Shown here one piece after another: positions 8,401-18,400 of a stretch of DNA of 64,000 nucleotides. The first letter of the stretch is position 1. Each line of letters starts with the position of its first letter. Source of the DNA: a virus; IMG/VR virus record IMGVR_UViG_3300045988_016718; one strand, written 5' to 3'. Position numbers and translations under genes: made by a program. A model generated the notes under the pieces. The model was not told the DNA's origin and did no database searches. It was given only the letters and a program-made list of their open reading frames with translations.

Positions 8401-11376
8401 TCTGCTTCTATTACTAATGAACAAGAGCTGAATTACCTTGATAAGGATACTGAATCTGTTACTTCTACAACAGAGAACAGATACTATAGACCTGCAATTA
8501 GTGAATATAATACTCAAAAGCTAGCTCAAGGTATATTTGAACCACTTATTGTAAGTAATCCTAATTATCAAGGTATATATAACTTCTTACAGTCTAAAGG
8601 TGCATTTGATTATGTCAATAATGGAAATGTTCATGAAGGAGATACTCTCACACTTAAGGCAGAAAGAGTAGGAGATTACGATGAAATAGTAATGTATAAG
8701 GGTAACCAAGTAGTTGGTACTTTACCTTCACTTGCTACTGCCAAGAGTAAGAACTATGTGGGACTTGCTAACTTGATTACTAGAGTTGGTAAAGGAGAAC
8801 AGGCTACACTTACTGTTAATAAGGTAATGTTAGGCAGATTCAAGTATGATAGAAACCAGACTCAATCTGTTAAGGATGTAGTTAAAGGTAATGCTGTACT
8901 CGGTGTAATGAAGAATATGAACTTACAGACTAATGGTGATGTAAATGCCGAACCAGTATATGATGAAGTTCACTCTGATGGTAAGGTATATCTATTACTT
9001 AAGAACAGTAGAGGTACATACTCTCCTAAGCTAGTAAGAGTCAAGCATTTTAATGCTGAAGAATTTAATCTTGGACAATTAAGTACATCAGGCAATAAGT
9101 CTGCACAAAAGATTCATGCTGCAATAGATAAGTTGTCTAAGATAAGTAATCCTGACCAAGCATTAACTGCACTTAATGAGTTAGGTAAAGTACTTCATCT
9201 TGATAATACTTTCCATATAAGTCTTGACAACATGGGTAATAACAAAGTACTTACTGTTAGATGGCTTAAAGATGGAGAATATATTAGGAAGAATATACTT
9301 GTTGAAAGAGGTGGAAGTGGAGTAATGACTCTTGACCCTGTTCAAGGTATGCAATATGATGAAGCTGTACATTCAACTCCTGAAGAGATATATGATGGCA
9401 TACTTAATGCTCTATATGAGTATAATCCACCATTTAATATATCAGCAGGTAAAGTTAACACAGGTACTTATAATCAAGATATACTGAATGATGACTTACT
9501 TTACACACACTTGACTGACACTCAAATGACTGGTAGTTGGTTCACTACTAACTATTATGATGATGCAGGTACAGAACAGAAAGCAGTTAACCCAAAGGGT
9601 AGAAGCTTTAACCCTGCAAGTGGTAAAGAAGGTGTTAGTGTAACAGTAGGTGGAAGTAGATTCTATGTAGAGAATGGTAACATCTATGATATTAATGAGA
9701 ACCTAGTTACTCCTTCTAATGCTGGTCTTATCAGAGACTTGGCTTATGCTGAATCATTATATGGCACTAAGACTAATGGTGCTACTATGGATAGAAACAG
9801 AATAGTATTACCTGATGGCAGAGTGCTTAATAGGTCTACTCAATCTTATTTATCTACTAGTGAAGCTGATGATGTCAAGAGAGCTATTGAAGGCAGACAG
9901 AGTAAGGTAGCTATCATTAACTCAACTCTTCAGAGATTACAGGAAGACCAGCAAAAGGTCAAGAGAAATCCTGATGGTACAGCTGATACTTCTTCAGGTT
10001 CTTATATGGTAATGGAAGAAGATGGACAATACCATGAATATAGTAGAGTTCATACTGTTATAGGTAGTAACTGGACAGGAGAATTTAGTGGAAACAATGC
10101 AGCTACAATGGGTAACCTTGTGGATGATATTGCAAGAAGATTCTTTGGTTCTAATGAGAAGATTGAGAAACCTTCAAACATGAGCCAGCCAGCATTTAAT
10201 GCATTGATGAAAGCTCTTAAGCAAATGAGAGTTAATCTTGAAAATGCAGGTGAGAAACTACTTACTAACAGGATAGTTGTATTCCATAAGTATGAAGATG
10301 GTACCAGAGTTGCTGGTGAACTTGATGCTCTTAGTGTTAATGAACTGACAGGTGAATTTAATATATATGACTTCAAGACTAGCAGATACAGCTTCCATCC
10401 TTTTAAGGATAAGTCAGGTGCTGTTATAGATTACTTTAGCTCTGTTGGTAGTAGACAAACTAGAAGTACAAGAGACCAATATACACTACAGCTTAGTGCA
10501 TATAAGAACCTGTTTGACAGTAGTTATGATGGTACTATTAATTCCTTAGCACTTGTACCATTTGTATTGAACTATACAAAGGATGAATTACAAGGAGTTA
10601 CAGCGGAGAAAGGAATTAAGTTAACTTATAATCCACTTGTACCAGTTAAAGCTGCACAAGGGGTTAAGATACCTGAAACTCCACCTGTAGTAGATAAGTC
10701 TAATGAGTTATTACAACCAGAAGTTAAACAGGCTCCAGCTCCTAAGAATGGATTACCTAATGCAGTTGAAGGTTATGTGATACTTAATGGACAAGTCACT
10801 AAGGGCAACATCAGACCTCTTATAGAGGTTGAAGGATTACCTGTATATTACTATAGAGAACCTGTTGTGACTAAGGGACTTGGTCAAGAAGAAACTACAT
10901 TATACAAACACTATGCAGTGTTTAATAATGGTAAAATGCTTCAAATTGTACCAGGTTTACATGGTGAAGATACTATGTCAGAAGAGAAAGCATACAACAT
11001 GATTAAGGATGCTATAAGTAGGAATCCTGCAAGAGTTGTAACAGAATCTCAAGATGTAACGGAACTTAGTGGTAAGCCTATTGTGGTCCAAAAGAAGAAT
11101 AAGTTACTAGAAGCTATGAAGGATTTGCAAGATGTTAATCAGAATAATCCTGAATATACAGAGGGGGGTATACCCAAGGTGGCTGAATCTCCACAAGAGA
11201 ATACAGTTAAACCTGAACCTTATGATTCATTATTCAATGACAGTCATAGGAAGTTTGATGACTTGGATATTGAGACTCAAGAACTGCTTGAATTAGCAGG
11301 TTGGAGTAGTGATTCATGGAATGATGCTTCTGTTGAAGAAAGAGATAAAGGTCTTGAACAATTAGGTTGTTTCTAA
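5419..11376 (+). CDS. giant virion-associated protein (~1985 aa) with a C-terminal RecB-like PD-(D/E)XK nuclease domain
   Basis: The ORF is open from 5344, but the ATG at 5419 (MAQDNFNYG) follows the upstream stop by 1 nt. Nuclease motifs lie near nt 10020-10520: YSRVHTVIG ... GELDALSV ... FNIYDFKTS ... QYTLQLSAYKNL (D, DxK and QxxxY). Confidence 0.6.
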   Translation: MAQDNFNYGTPLKGVNRRQGILDELKRNGYDVSFADPTPGYAARQQEMNISTPAVQEIGVAGLNDSMYDKDITSATQLDDLNNTRGELQPWYAQLGAGLGKGVVLAGTTFLDGTLGVVVGAANAIDKGEWSGFWDNDFAKGMKQVNDWSEQMMPNYRTNEEIQNDQNGEWYKNIWTANWWGDKFIKNLGFTAGAMATGNLVSGALKGAPAMVRSIVGSAVSAINEGKIEAYNNANEWYDFEKAKVDDAYQQRLQAIDQNYKGTEMYNALMQDAKQTYDQSLAKLNEDKAKVGNVDLALNIPILTASNWFMWGKLYSKGANTAIRDTKIAMKNGKYASTRMPVKAAAGFLSEGAEEMEQKIAATIPGLKYGSEVENFYMSKWDPEAAQQSLNWLQASAKGISDTVGDPASWEEFTIGAMTGAMGMPMFRSAKSSEGKWRSPVTIEGGIVGEFRDYQEGKARDNEMINYLNSRIEDPNFQNYYQGLVRHNYYQNQMDAAAAEGDVAGFKDAESSQFISDIVMFDNAGKLNDLTEMINQAYDTSDENLDNIIKNTTDENGNGPFSTNGNAMDREDMIQSLTEDRDDILRKIKDYRTTKDKIIRVGSPDLTSEQVSELTWLNMKHGDYVERFNEVADDIREALKMNFATLEKEGKTMDRTILDLNNQELLAVLADPKNESFVAMQSAVRKILNDSYNIDKVDIEQSVKDLKKLAEKAVEFSNRFTDLLTHPEKMQEATSAADEQVANRAQEEQLAQVRGQLTNAQSFSDIADIVGENNVGDELLSENTNPLAKDFKKAMSFGAEMGKLINESELSDADKEALNALLDKRFKEEKSLADLTSPELITEPEGELSEAAANLFQNMIAEAATNAQEKDAIPDATPTPSGREVGKETTGSDATTTIPTETKNPYNDLIGEVSQTIDKEYLDDLSLAPRIRTLETLVAKAASTKSEEDIRKASSELNNLIDDIGGLPEMSSEDTYNKVQKLIGTIASRIPQIPSASITNEQELNYLDKDTESVTSTTENRYYRPAISEYNTQKLAQGIFEPLIVSNPNYQGIYNFLQSKGAFDYVNNGNVHEGDTLTLKAERVGDYDEIVMYKGNQVVGTLPSLATAKSKNYVGLANLITRVGKGEQATLTVNKVMLGRFKYDRNQTQSVKDVVKGNAVLGVMKNMNLQTNGDVNAEPVYDEVHSDGKVYLLLKNSRGTYSPKLVRVKHFNAEEFNLGQLSTSGNKSAQKIHAAIDKLSKISNPDQALTALNELGKVLHLDNTFHISLDNMGNNKVLTVRWLKDGEYIRKNILVERGGSGVMTLDPVQGMQYDEAVHSTPEEIYDGILNALYEYNPPFNISAGKVNTGTYNQDILNDDLLYTHLTDTQMTGSWFTTNYYDDAGTEQKAVNPKGRSFNPASGKEGVSVTVGGSRFYVENGNIYDINENLVTPSNAGLIRDLAYAESLYGTKTNGATMDRNRIVLPDGRVLNRSTQSYLSTSEADDVKRAIEGRQSKVAIINSTLQRLQEDQQKVKRNPDGTADTSSGSYMVMEEDGQYHEYSRVHTVIGSNWTGEFSGNNAATMGNLVDDIARRFFGSNEKIEKPSNMSQPAFNALMKALKQMRVNLENAGEKLLTNRIVVFHKYEDGTRVAGELDALSVNELTGEFNIYDFKTSRYSFHPFKDKSGAVIDYFSSVGSRQTRSTRDQYTLQLSAYKNLFDSSYDGTINSLALVPFVLNYTKDELQGVTAEKGIKLTYNPLVPVKAAQGVKIPETPPVVDKSNELLQPEVKQAPAPKNGLPNAVEGYVILNGQVTKGNIRPLIEVEGLPVYYYREPVVTKGLGQEETTLYKHYAVFNNGKMLQIVPGLHGEDTMSEEKAYNMIKDAISRNPARVVTESQDVTELSGKPIVVQKKNKLLEAMKDLQDVNQNNPEYTEGGIPKVAESPQENTVKPEPYDSLFNDSHRKFDDLDIETQELLELAGWSSDSWNDASVEERDKGLEQLGCF

Positions 11377-11388
11377 GCAAGAAAAAAT

Positions 11389-11418
11389 AAAGGGAGATAG
11401 AATTAACTATCTCCCTTT
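11389..11418. terminator. bidirectional intrinsic terminator at the convergence of the + and - strand blocks
   Basis: Perfect 12-bp stem aaagggagatag / ctatctcccttt with a 6-nt loop. It is flanked by an A-tract upstream (gaaaaaat) and a T-tract downstream (tctttttat), and lies between stop codons at 11376 (+) and 11424 (-). Confidence 0.8.
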
Positions 11419-11423
11419 TCTTT

Positions 11424-14400
11424 TTATCTAGCATCCATTTTAAACCACCTTGCTGGTTGGTCAGGGTCAAGTGCATTAAGTACTTGTTTCCTGAATGGAA
11501 GTAAATCAAATATGTATTTTTCAGCTTTGGTGTATCCCTTATATGGTCCAGTCTCAATGACTTCATTATAGCTTTCAGGATAGAACAACTTGATTACATT
11601 CCTTAATTTCTTCATTGTAGGAATAATAACAGTTGGGTCATCAAGTAGCTTAAGAGATTCATCAAGCATTGTAGGACTTGGAAGCATAACACCAATATCA
11701 CTCTTTAGCCTTAGAGCTGAATATGCAGCCATTCTAAGTACCCAAGGTTTATCTTCATCATCACCACCTGCTTCTTCAAGCAGACCAAGTAACAATGTAA
11801 GACCAATATAGGTTCCTATCTCCATTAATCCCTTTCTGATATTACCTTTCTCAAGAGGAGTAAGCCCCTTCCATTGACTGATAATATCAAACTCCGATTG
11901 CTTGATGTCCTTATACATTTGCTTCAAGAACCTGTAACCAGTTTGGTAATAACCCTCTGTATAGTCCTGTAAGTCAAAGTTATATTTACCTCTACCAAAT
12001 CTATTTAACCATAATGGTCTCATCCAGTCTCTATACATCATAGCCATTCTACCAACTGCTAGTTGTTTTGCAGCTATTCTGTCCTCACTGTTATATATAC
12101 CATACAGGTTATTTTCAATACCTCTTACTCTATTTGAGAAAGCAAGTATATCATCTTGAGTAAACTGACTTCCATCAGCCTTTGTTACACCTTTCTTAAG
12201 CTGTAATTTAGCACCCATGTTCTTGTTTTTCCCATCAATAGGAACTACTTCAAGTGCATTCCAAAGACTAATGTTATTACCATTTGCATCCTTCAATTTG
12301 AACCTGTCAGCAAGAGCAATAGCAATCCTGTTTTGTGTCCAATGGTCACCGGCTTGAGTAGTGAAGAATATAGCATTTTCTCCTATTAATCTTGTTGCCC
12401 AAGTCTTTTTGTTCCAATTCACATTTCTGACACTTTGCTTGTAGTCCTGTTGAACATTAAACAATTCATCAAATAGTGCAATCTTGCTTGTCTTGATTCT
12501 ATTACCAATCTCTGCAAGATATGCTGGAAGATGAGTACCATATTCCTTATCAGCATAAGCTAATTCCAAGTGATTGAAGAACCTGCCTGATGCAGCTTCA
12601 ATGTTACTTGTTGCAAAGTTCTGTAACATGTTGGCTGTACCTGTGAGTAAGCTAAGAGCTGTAGTACTGTAACTTGTCATCTTCATAAGCAAAGCCACTG
12701 CCTTATTGGTATCAATCTTACTCTCACCAATAGTGCCACTATCCTTCATGTATCTACCATATACTTGCATCTCCATGAATGAATTAAGCTTATCCATGAA
12801 GAAAGAGTTACTGCCTTTCTTAGTTAATAGGTTCTTTACTTCAGCCCCTAATACTTTGAATCCTTCAACTCTTCTTCTATCACCTTCAAGGTCTGCTACT
12901 TTCCTTTCAGCAAGCACAAGTCTGCCTACTTCAAGTGTATCAAGTACTTCATTCATTCTATTGAAATCATTGACCATAGAAGCATAAGCTATCATAGATG
13001 ATGTAGAGTCAAGAGACAAGTCTCTCATATCCTCAAGTTGTCTTGTATAATATATGGGTAACTTATTAACTGGATTACCCTCAAAGTCCATTAGTACAGA
13101 CTTATCATCCTTATATTGTACATCAACATCATCTTCTCTTCTCACTAAGGTATCCTTCATAGTTTCCCAAAAGTATTTGGCTTTGTTACCACTTCCTAGC
13201 ATCCTTTGTAAGAAGTCTCTCCTAATCTGTGGTGCCCTATTTACTTTGGTATATTCCTGTGGCAGGATATTATCTAACTTAGCCTTGAGGTCCATAATGA
13301 ACTTGTAATACTCCTTTTGTGCAGAATTAAGGCTTGCAAATGCCTTGCTCTTGTATTTAGTCATGCTAGGGACAATATTGTTATGTTCGTCCCTGCTACT
13401 GTTTTCTGCATACCATATAGCTATTTCCCTTGACCTTTCAAGTAAGTCCTCACCTTCAGGATTCTCTCCATACTTATTCTTAAGATAATCATTGAACTTT
13501 CTCTTTTCAGCCCTATATGTTGCCCAGTCCACAGGTTGTACAAAGTAACCTGTTGGTACACCATTGGCATCTCTTTCATACATCCAGTCAGTATTCTTGA
13601 TACCAGCTTTCTCAAGTTTCATAGCAGCATATTCAATATCCTTTTGCATATTGATAGTATCCTGTCTAGCTTCAAACTTTTGCTTCTTGACTACTTGGTC
13701 ATAGATTTGTAACATAGGGTCTGAACTGTCAGCCATACTGTCAAGCCATCTGTCAAAGAAAGTAATGTCTCTGTCCATTGAAGTAACAAGTTCTTCTGCT
13801 GTATAAGTCTTTTTGTACTTATCTCTAGCAATAGTGATACTTAATCCTTCACCAACAAATGGTTTAATAAAATCAGTAAATAATGTCTTACTTACATCAT
13901 AGAAGTCAGCACTTAAATCCTGTATGATAACAGTATTCTGGTCAAGAAGATTCCTCAACTTATCCTTGAATCTATTATCACCTTCTGCTGATGCAGCATT
14001 CATATCCTTCCTGATTTCAAGTATGATACTACCATAAGATGACATATAGTTTCTGATGTTCCTTAATGCAGACATCTTCTCATTGAGAGGTGCATCCATA
14101 TCCACTACTGTACTTAATCTGCCTTGTAGCTTCTCAAGTACTCCAAGACTGGTTTGTATATACTTATAAATACCTTCCAGTGCTTGATTTTCTGCAATAG
14201 ATTGATTCAACTCTTCAATATATGCTTGCTGGGATGCATTAAAGTCTTCCTTCTTACCATATATCTTCAACCTCTTAAGCTCTTGTTCTATGATTCTATT
14301 AAGTAGATTGACATCTCTGTCAACCTTAGAAGTAAGACTGTAGAACTGTCTGTTATATTGAGGACTGTTAATCCTTAGATTAAACTTGCCTGTAGTAATA

Positions 14401-15416
14401 TCCTGTGCTATCTGATTAGCCTCATTCTGTGCCTGTTGTACAATAACATCAATATCAGAACCATTGAATCTTGAGAAGAAATTTTTTAGAGAGGTTAGGA
14501 ACCTCTGGAACAAACTGGGACTTGGAGAATAAATGTCATTGTTGACAAGGGCTTTAGCTACCATTTTACCTAGAGCTTCTTCAGCTAACATTCTCAAGTC
14601 TCCATTATACTTGGCTGAATAGTTATCATAGTCAGTACCAAGTATTCTCCTTAGTGCTTCTTCATTAGTTAATGAGTTGATTGCTCTTGTCTTTATAGGA
14701 TTCTCTCCCATAGCTTCAATAGCAAAGTGAGCAAACTCTTCAGGAAGAGCAGCTTGTCCTTCTTCGCCCTTAGCAAGTCTGATTACTTGTCTAAGTCCTG
14801 TAGCAGCATCCATTGCTACACTTAAGTCCATAACACCATTAACACCTAGTCTTTCTTCAAGACTAGTGAGTGCACCAATACCAATACCCCATGAATTAAG
14901 TAAGCCCTCAAGCTTCTTGTTCAGACTATAATTAACAGCAAGTCTTTGTGGCTCACTATTCCTCTTTTCCCTATTAGGTTTAACAATAATAGTAGCACCA
15001 CTGTTCTTGCCATCATAAGCTTCCTCTACTGTGGCAAAGTACTTGTCTCTAAATGGACTGTTGTTATTGAACCTTACAGCCTGTTCCTGCAATGCAGATA
15101 CATGACCATAGTCTTTAGGTTGTAATACCACCTTACCATTTTGTGTATGTCCTATCTCCCTATTAAGCATAGAAAGAGTCTCACTCTCATCTTTCAGCTT
15201 GGATATACCAATCTTGTTAAGTAAGTCATCAAATAGTGGCTCACCATATTTATCATGCCTTACACTAGGGAACTTCTTTTGGAAGTCCACACTCTTAGCT
15301 CTAGTGTACCAGAACATAGCATCTTTCCTGTTGCCAAAGAAATTCTCTAATTGAGAGTAGAGAGGGGATACTATCCCCTCAACTACCTCTGGTCTTAATT
15401 TACATTTTTTTGCCAT
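11424..15416 (-). CDS. large (~1330 aa) virion/ejected protein of unknown function, possibly RNAP-associated
   Basis: The long ORF is open from 15464, but the ATG at 15416 (MAKKCKLRPE) lies 7 nt after the stop of the upstream giant gene. No catalytic motif recognised. The call rests on position directly downstream of the RNAP-like gene, as in crAss-like phages. Confidence 0.45.
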   Translation of the reverse strand: MAKKCKLRPEVVEGIVSPLYSQLENFFGNRKDAMFWYTRAKSVDFQKKFPSVRHDKYGEPLFDDLLNKIGISKLKDESETLSMLNREIGHTQNGKVVLQPKDYGHVSALQEQAVRFNNNSPFRDKYFATVEEAYDGKNSGATIIVKPNREKRNSEPQRLAVNYSLNKKLEGLLNSWGIGIGALTSLEERLGVNGVMDLSVAMDAATGLRQVIRLAKGEEGQAALPEEFAHFAIEAMGENPIKTRAINSLTNEEALRRILGTDYDNYSAKYNGDLRMLAEEALGKMVAKALVNNDIYSPSPSLFQRFLTSLKNFFSRFNGSDIDVIVQQAQNEANQIAQDITTGKFNLRINSPQYNRQFYSLTSKVDRDVNLLNRIIEQELKRLKIYGKKEDFNASQQAYIEELNQSIAENQALEGIYKYIQTSLGVLEKLQGRLSTVVDMDAPLNEKMSALRNIRNYMSSYGSIILEIRKDMNAASAEGDNRFKDKLRNLLDQNTVIIQDLSADFYDVSKTLFTDFIKPFVGEGLSITIARDKYKKTYTAEELVTSMDRDITFFDRWLDSMADSSDPMLQIYDQVVKKQKFEARQDTINMQKDIEYAAMKLEKAGIKNTDWMYERDANGVPTGYFVQPVDWATYRAEKRKFNDYLKNKYGENPEGEDLLERSREIAIWYAENSSRDEHNNIVPSMTKYKSKAFASLNSAQKEYYKFIMDLKAKLDNILPQEYTKVNRAPQIRRDFLQRMLGSGNKAKYFWETMKDTLVRREDDVDVQYKDDKSVLMDFEGNPVNKLPIYYTRQLEDMRDLSLDSTSSMIAYASMVNDFNRMNEVLDTLEVGRLVLAERKVADLEGDRRRVEGFKVLGAEVKNLLTKKGSNSFFMDKLNSFMEMQVYGRYMKDSGTIGESKIDTNKAVALLMKMTSYSTTALSLLTGTANMLQNFATSNIEAASGRFFNHLELAYADKEYGTHLPAYLAEIGNRIKTSKIALFDELFNVQQDYKQSVRNVNWNKKTWATRLIGENAIFFTTQAGDHWTQNRIAIALADRFKLKDANGNNISLWNALEVVPIDGKNKNMGAKLQLKKGVTKADGSQFTQDDILAFSNRVRGIENNLYGIYNSEDRIAAKQLAVGRMAMMYRDWMRPLWLNRFGRGKYNFDLQDYTEGYYQTGYRFLKQMYKDIKQSEFDIISQWKGLTPLEKGNIRKGLMEIGTYIGLTLLLGLLEEAGGDDEDKPWVLRMAAYSALRLKSDIGVMLPSPTMLDESLKLLDDPTVIIPTMKKLRNVIKLFYPESYNEVIETGPYKGYTKAEKYIFDLLPFRKQVLNALDPDQPARWFKMDAR

Positions 15417-15423
15417 AATATTA

Positions 15424-18400
15424 TTATAAACAGAAACTTTCACCACTTGCAGGGTCAAAGTCATTAGGTGTTAAATTAGCAAGTTCATTTATCATATCTT
15501 CTGATACTTCATACCCAAGTACTCTAGCTACATCACTTATAGGATGTGGAACATCTCTAATATCTCTTGTATCTTCTACTGGAGTATAATCATCATATAT
15601 ATCATTGAATGAAGTACTTGGTTCAGCACTTGAAACAACACTTTCCATAGCACTTGCATCCATTCCATATTGATATTCAACATACTGGTTCTTTAAACCC
15701 AAAGGCTTAATCCTGCTGTACTCTGCTGTACCAGCATCAACATTAATCAGTTGGAAATACATGTCCCTACCCTTAACATTGAAGTAAACATATTCATGAT
15801 ATGTGAACTCCTTGTCAGTACTTGGGTCAAATGGCTTAGCCAACTGTTTATCATCAAATGATGAGTACTTATCAAGTTTGATATTGAATCCTTCTGTATC
15901 AACACCAACCTCAATTGAACTCTTACTTACATCAGGTACAAGACTTCTGTTATCCATGTGATTCCTTACATATTGTCTCCAGAAGTTATTGACATCAATT
16001 GGATTGGTCATTACTTCTCTAAGACTTCTGATATAGTCTCTACTGTTTAACTTAACCTGTGTACTTGTCAGATGCCCAAAACCTGAAGGACTGAATCCAA
16101 AACCTTTGAAATAATTATATGTGAACAAGTCTTTAGCCATTTGAGAGGTTTCCTCATTCATATATAACAATGTAGTCCAGTCTCTGATATATTGTTCCTT
16201 TTGCATAGGAGTTATCTTACCTACATTTGTGAACACTATAGAGGGAACAGGATTATATTTAGTCCTACCAATAACCTTAAGTCTATTGATGAATGACAAT
16301 TTACTTAGTTCAGGATGAGCTTCTTTAAACTTAGCAAATTCCTGTGGGAATTGATTGATAAAGTAATCTCTTTTCTCTTGAGCTGTTCTTGTGTCATCTG
16401 CACCAAATTGACTGTATTGACTCATATAATAAGTCAGAATGTCATTGTAGATACTATTTCTGGTCTTTTCATCAAGTCTGCCAAACTTTGTTACATCCTT
16501 AAGCATTGCAATTGCCTTGTTGTAATTGTCATTATAGTAAGGTACATAAGGCTTAAACATATCCTCTGTTCCTTCAATACCATAAGTGAACATTGCTTGA
16601 AGAATAGGAGTAGGACTATTAATGATTGTATTTTCATCCATTCCAAATCCAATGAAGTCTATGCCAGTTAAAGGATAACCTTCTTGCTGTGACTTCTCAA
16701 GTAAATCATCCACTCTTTCAATCTTAACAACATTAGCTGCAATAGATGGACCAGCTGCACCATTCTGTGTATCTGCTCTAGTTGCTTGAGTCAAGTCTCC
16801 TAGGGCAGTTGATAACTTGCTTAACTTGCTGAACATGTATCCAACCATAAGCTGATTACCAAAGAACTGTGCTTCTTCGATGTTTGATGAATTACCTGAA
16901 GGATTATTGGCTGCTGCAATGTTACTTGCAAGCTCACTATCTGTGAAGTTATGAGAATTAATCTTGTCCCTTGTGTTGATGTTTTCACCACCTGCAAGTT
17001 TCTTATATTTCTCAAGTACTTCATTGATAACATCAGTCATTCCTCTTCTAGTATTCTCAATCATTTCAGTTATCTCTCTGACAATAGGCTGACTGATAAT
17101 CAAACCTGTAGTCATAGGAGAATGACCCATTCTTAACAGAGTAAATGCTATATCAGCAGTTACCATGTTGAAGTTCATATCACCTGCAATAGGGTCTTTA
17201 GCATTATCCACAAATGCAGCAAGGAAACCTGATACATTTCTGGTAATAAACTTACCCTCTGCATTCTTTATGTCATGGAATGAGTTATACTGGTGTCCAT
17301 TGATTGTCAGTACATACTCTGGTGCTATACCCAATTGGGTACTCTGCATTAGAGCATGTGAAGCATTATGGTTAGCAGCAATACCAATCAATGATGCTCC
17401 AGACATATTCCTTTGATGTAGATTAACCCATGTATCTGGTGTAAGAGGATTCAATACCTGCTTACTTTCTTTAACAATATTATCCAGTTCATCAAGGCTA
17501 TAGTTAAGTAGTTTATCTACTCCACCATACTTGCTTTTAAGCTGGTCTAATGTGTTATTTTGTAAGATAGTAGCAAGTCTTGCTGTTCTCTTTTGTTCAT
17601 CAAATCCACCTGGGTTAAGGAACTTACCAGCAGTATCACTGTTAGTAAGTACTGACCACATAAGGTCTATCATCTGACTGTCTCTCTGTGGCTTGTTGTT
17701 AGCCTTTGCATTGTTATAGATGTCCATCTTGGAGTCACCACCTACCTTATTATAATTGTACTTATAAGGTACAACTTTAGGTGTATCATGTCTATACATA
17801 TCCTGATTCTCTTTGAACCATTCCTTATATACATCATTCTCCTCAATATCTTCTTCAAGACCAAGCATTTGGTTAATCAAGTCAGCAGTACCAGCATTAG
17901 CCTTTTCAAAGTCCTTTCTGGCTCTTGCTCTGTCAAAGTCCTCAAGATAGAAATCATGGAACATGACATACATCTTATCCACATCAAAGTCAGAACCTGC
18001 AATAGTTGTAATATCCTCTGGTAGAATAATTACTGAACCAACTTGTCTTGGAAGGAATCCAATTACTCTTAATGGAGCCATTGAATACTTATCCTCTGTT
18101 GGAACCCTGTAACCTATTACTTCCCTTAGCTTCTCTGGTACAATGAATTTACCACTCTCATCCTTCTTGTTTATGTCAAGTTCATGTGTATTAGGGTCTA
18201 ACAGTAAGTCATACAGTTTCTCTGATGGACAAGGAAGATAACATTCCATATATTTCAATTTCTTGTTTTCACCCTCTCCCTCAAATACCATTTGAGGCTT
18301 CCTTGCTAAACCATAAGCACTTGCTTGAATAAGAGCACCACCTTTGATTTTCTGTTTGGTAATTCTACTCTTGATAACACTATTCAGCAATGATTGTATT

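Noticed and set aside
16-10376. Short - strand ORFs inside the + strand virion genes (16-264, 1178-1420, 1958-2206, 3152-3337, 3660-3902, 5515-5700, 5904-6446, 6952-7143, 7252-7521, 7698-7898, 9181-9372, 10050-10376).
   Set aside because: They are shadow ORFs on the opposite strand of long, continuous coding regions. Their composition is biased and no motif was recognised.
11234-11566. 110-aa - strand ORF spanning the convergent junction.
   Set aside because: It reads through the bidirectional terminator hairpin, the 3' end of the + strand giant gene and the 3' end of the 1346-aa gene in another frame. It is not credible as a gene.
16315-16671. Antisense and alternate-frame ORFs nested in the giant genes: + strand 11590-11811, 12706-12987, 13054-13308, 16315-16671, 16951-17136, 17165-17416, 17788-18024, 18866-19048, 19775-20005 and 21905-22171; - strand 13421-13615, 16821-17033, 19041-19253 and 20661-20924.
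   Set aside because: All are fully contained in the 1346-aa and 2364-aa ORFs. They are Ser/Leu/Ile/Phe-rich with low complexity, as expected from the complement of AT-rich coding sequence, and they lack independent starts, coupling or motifs.
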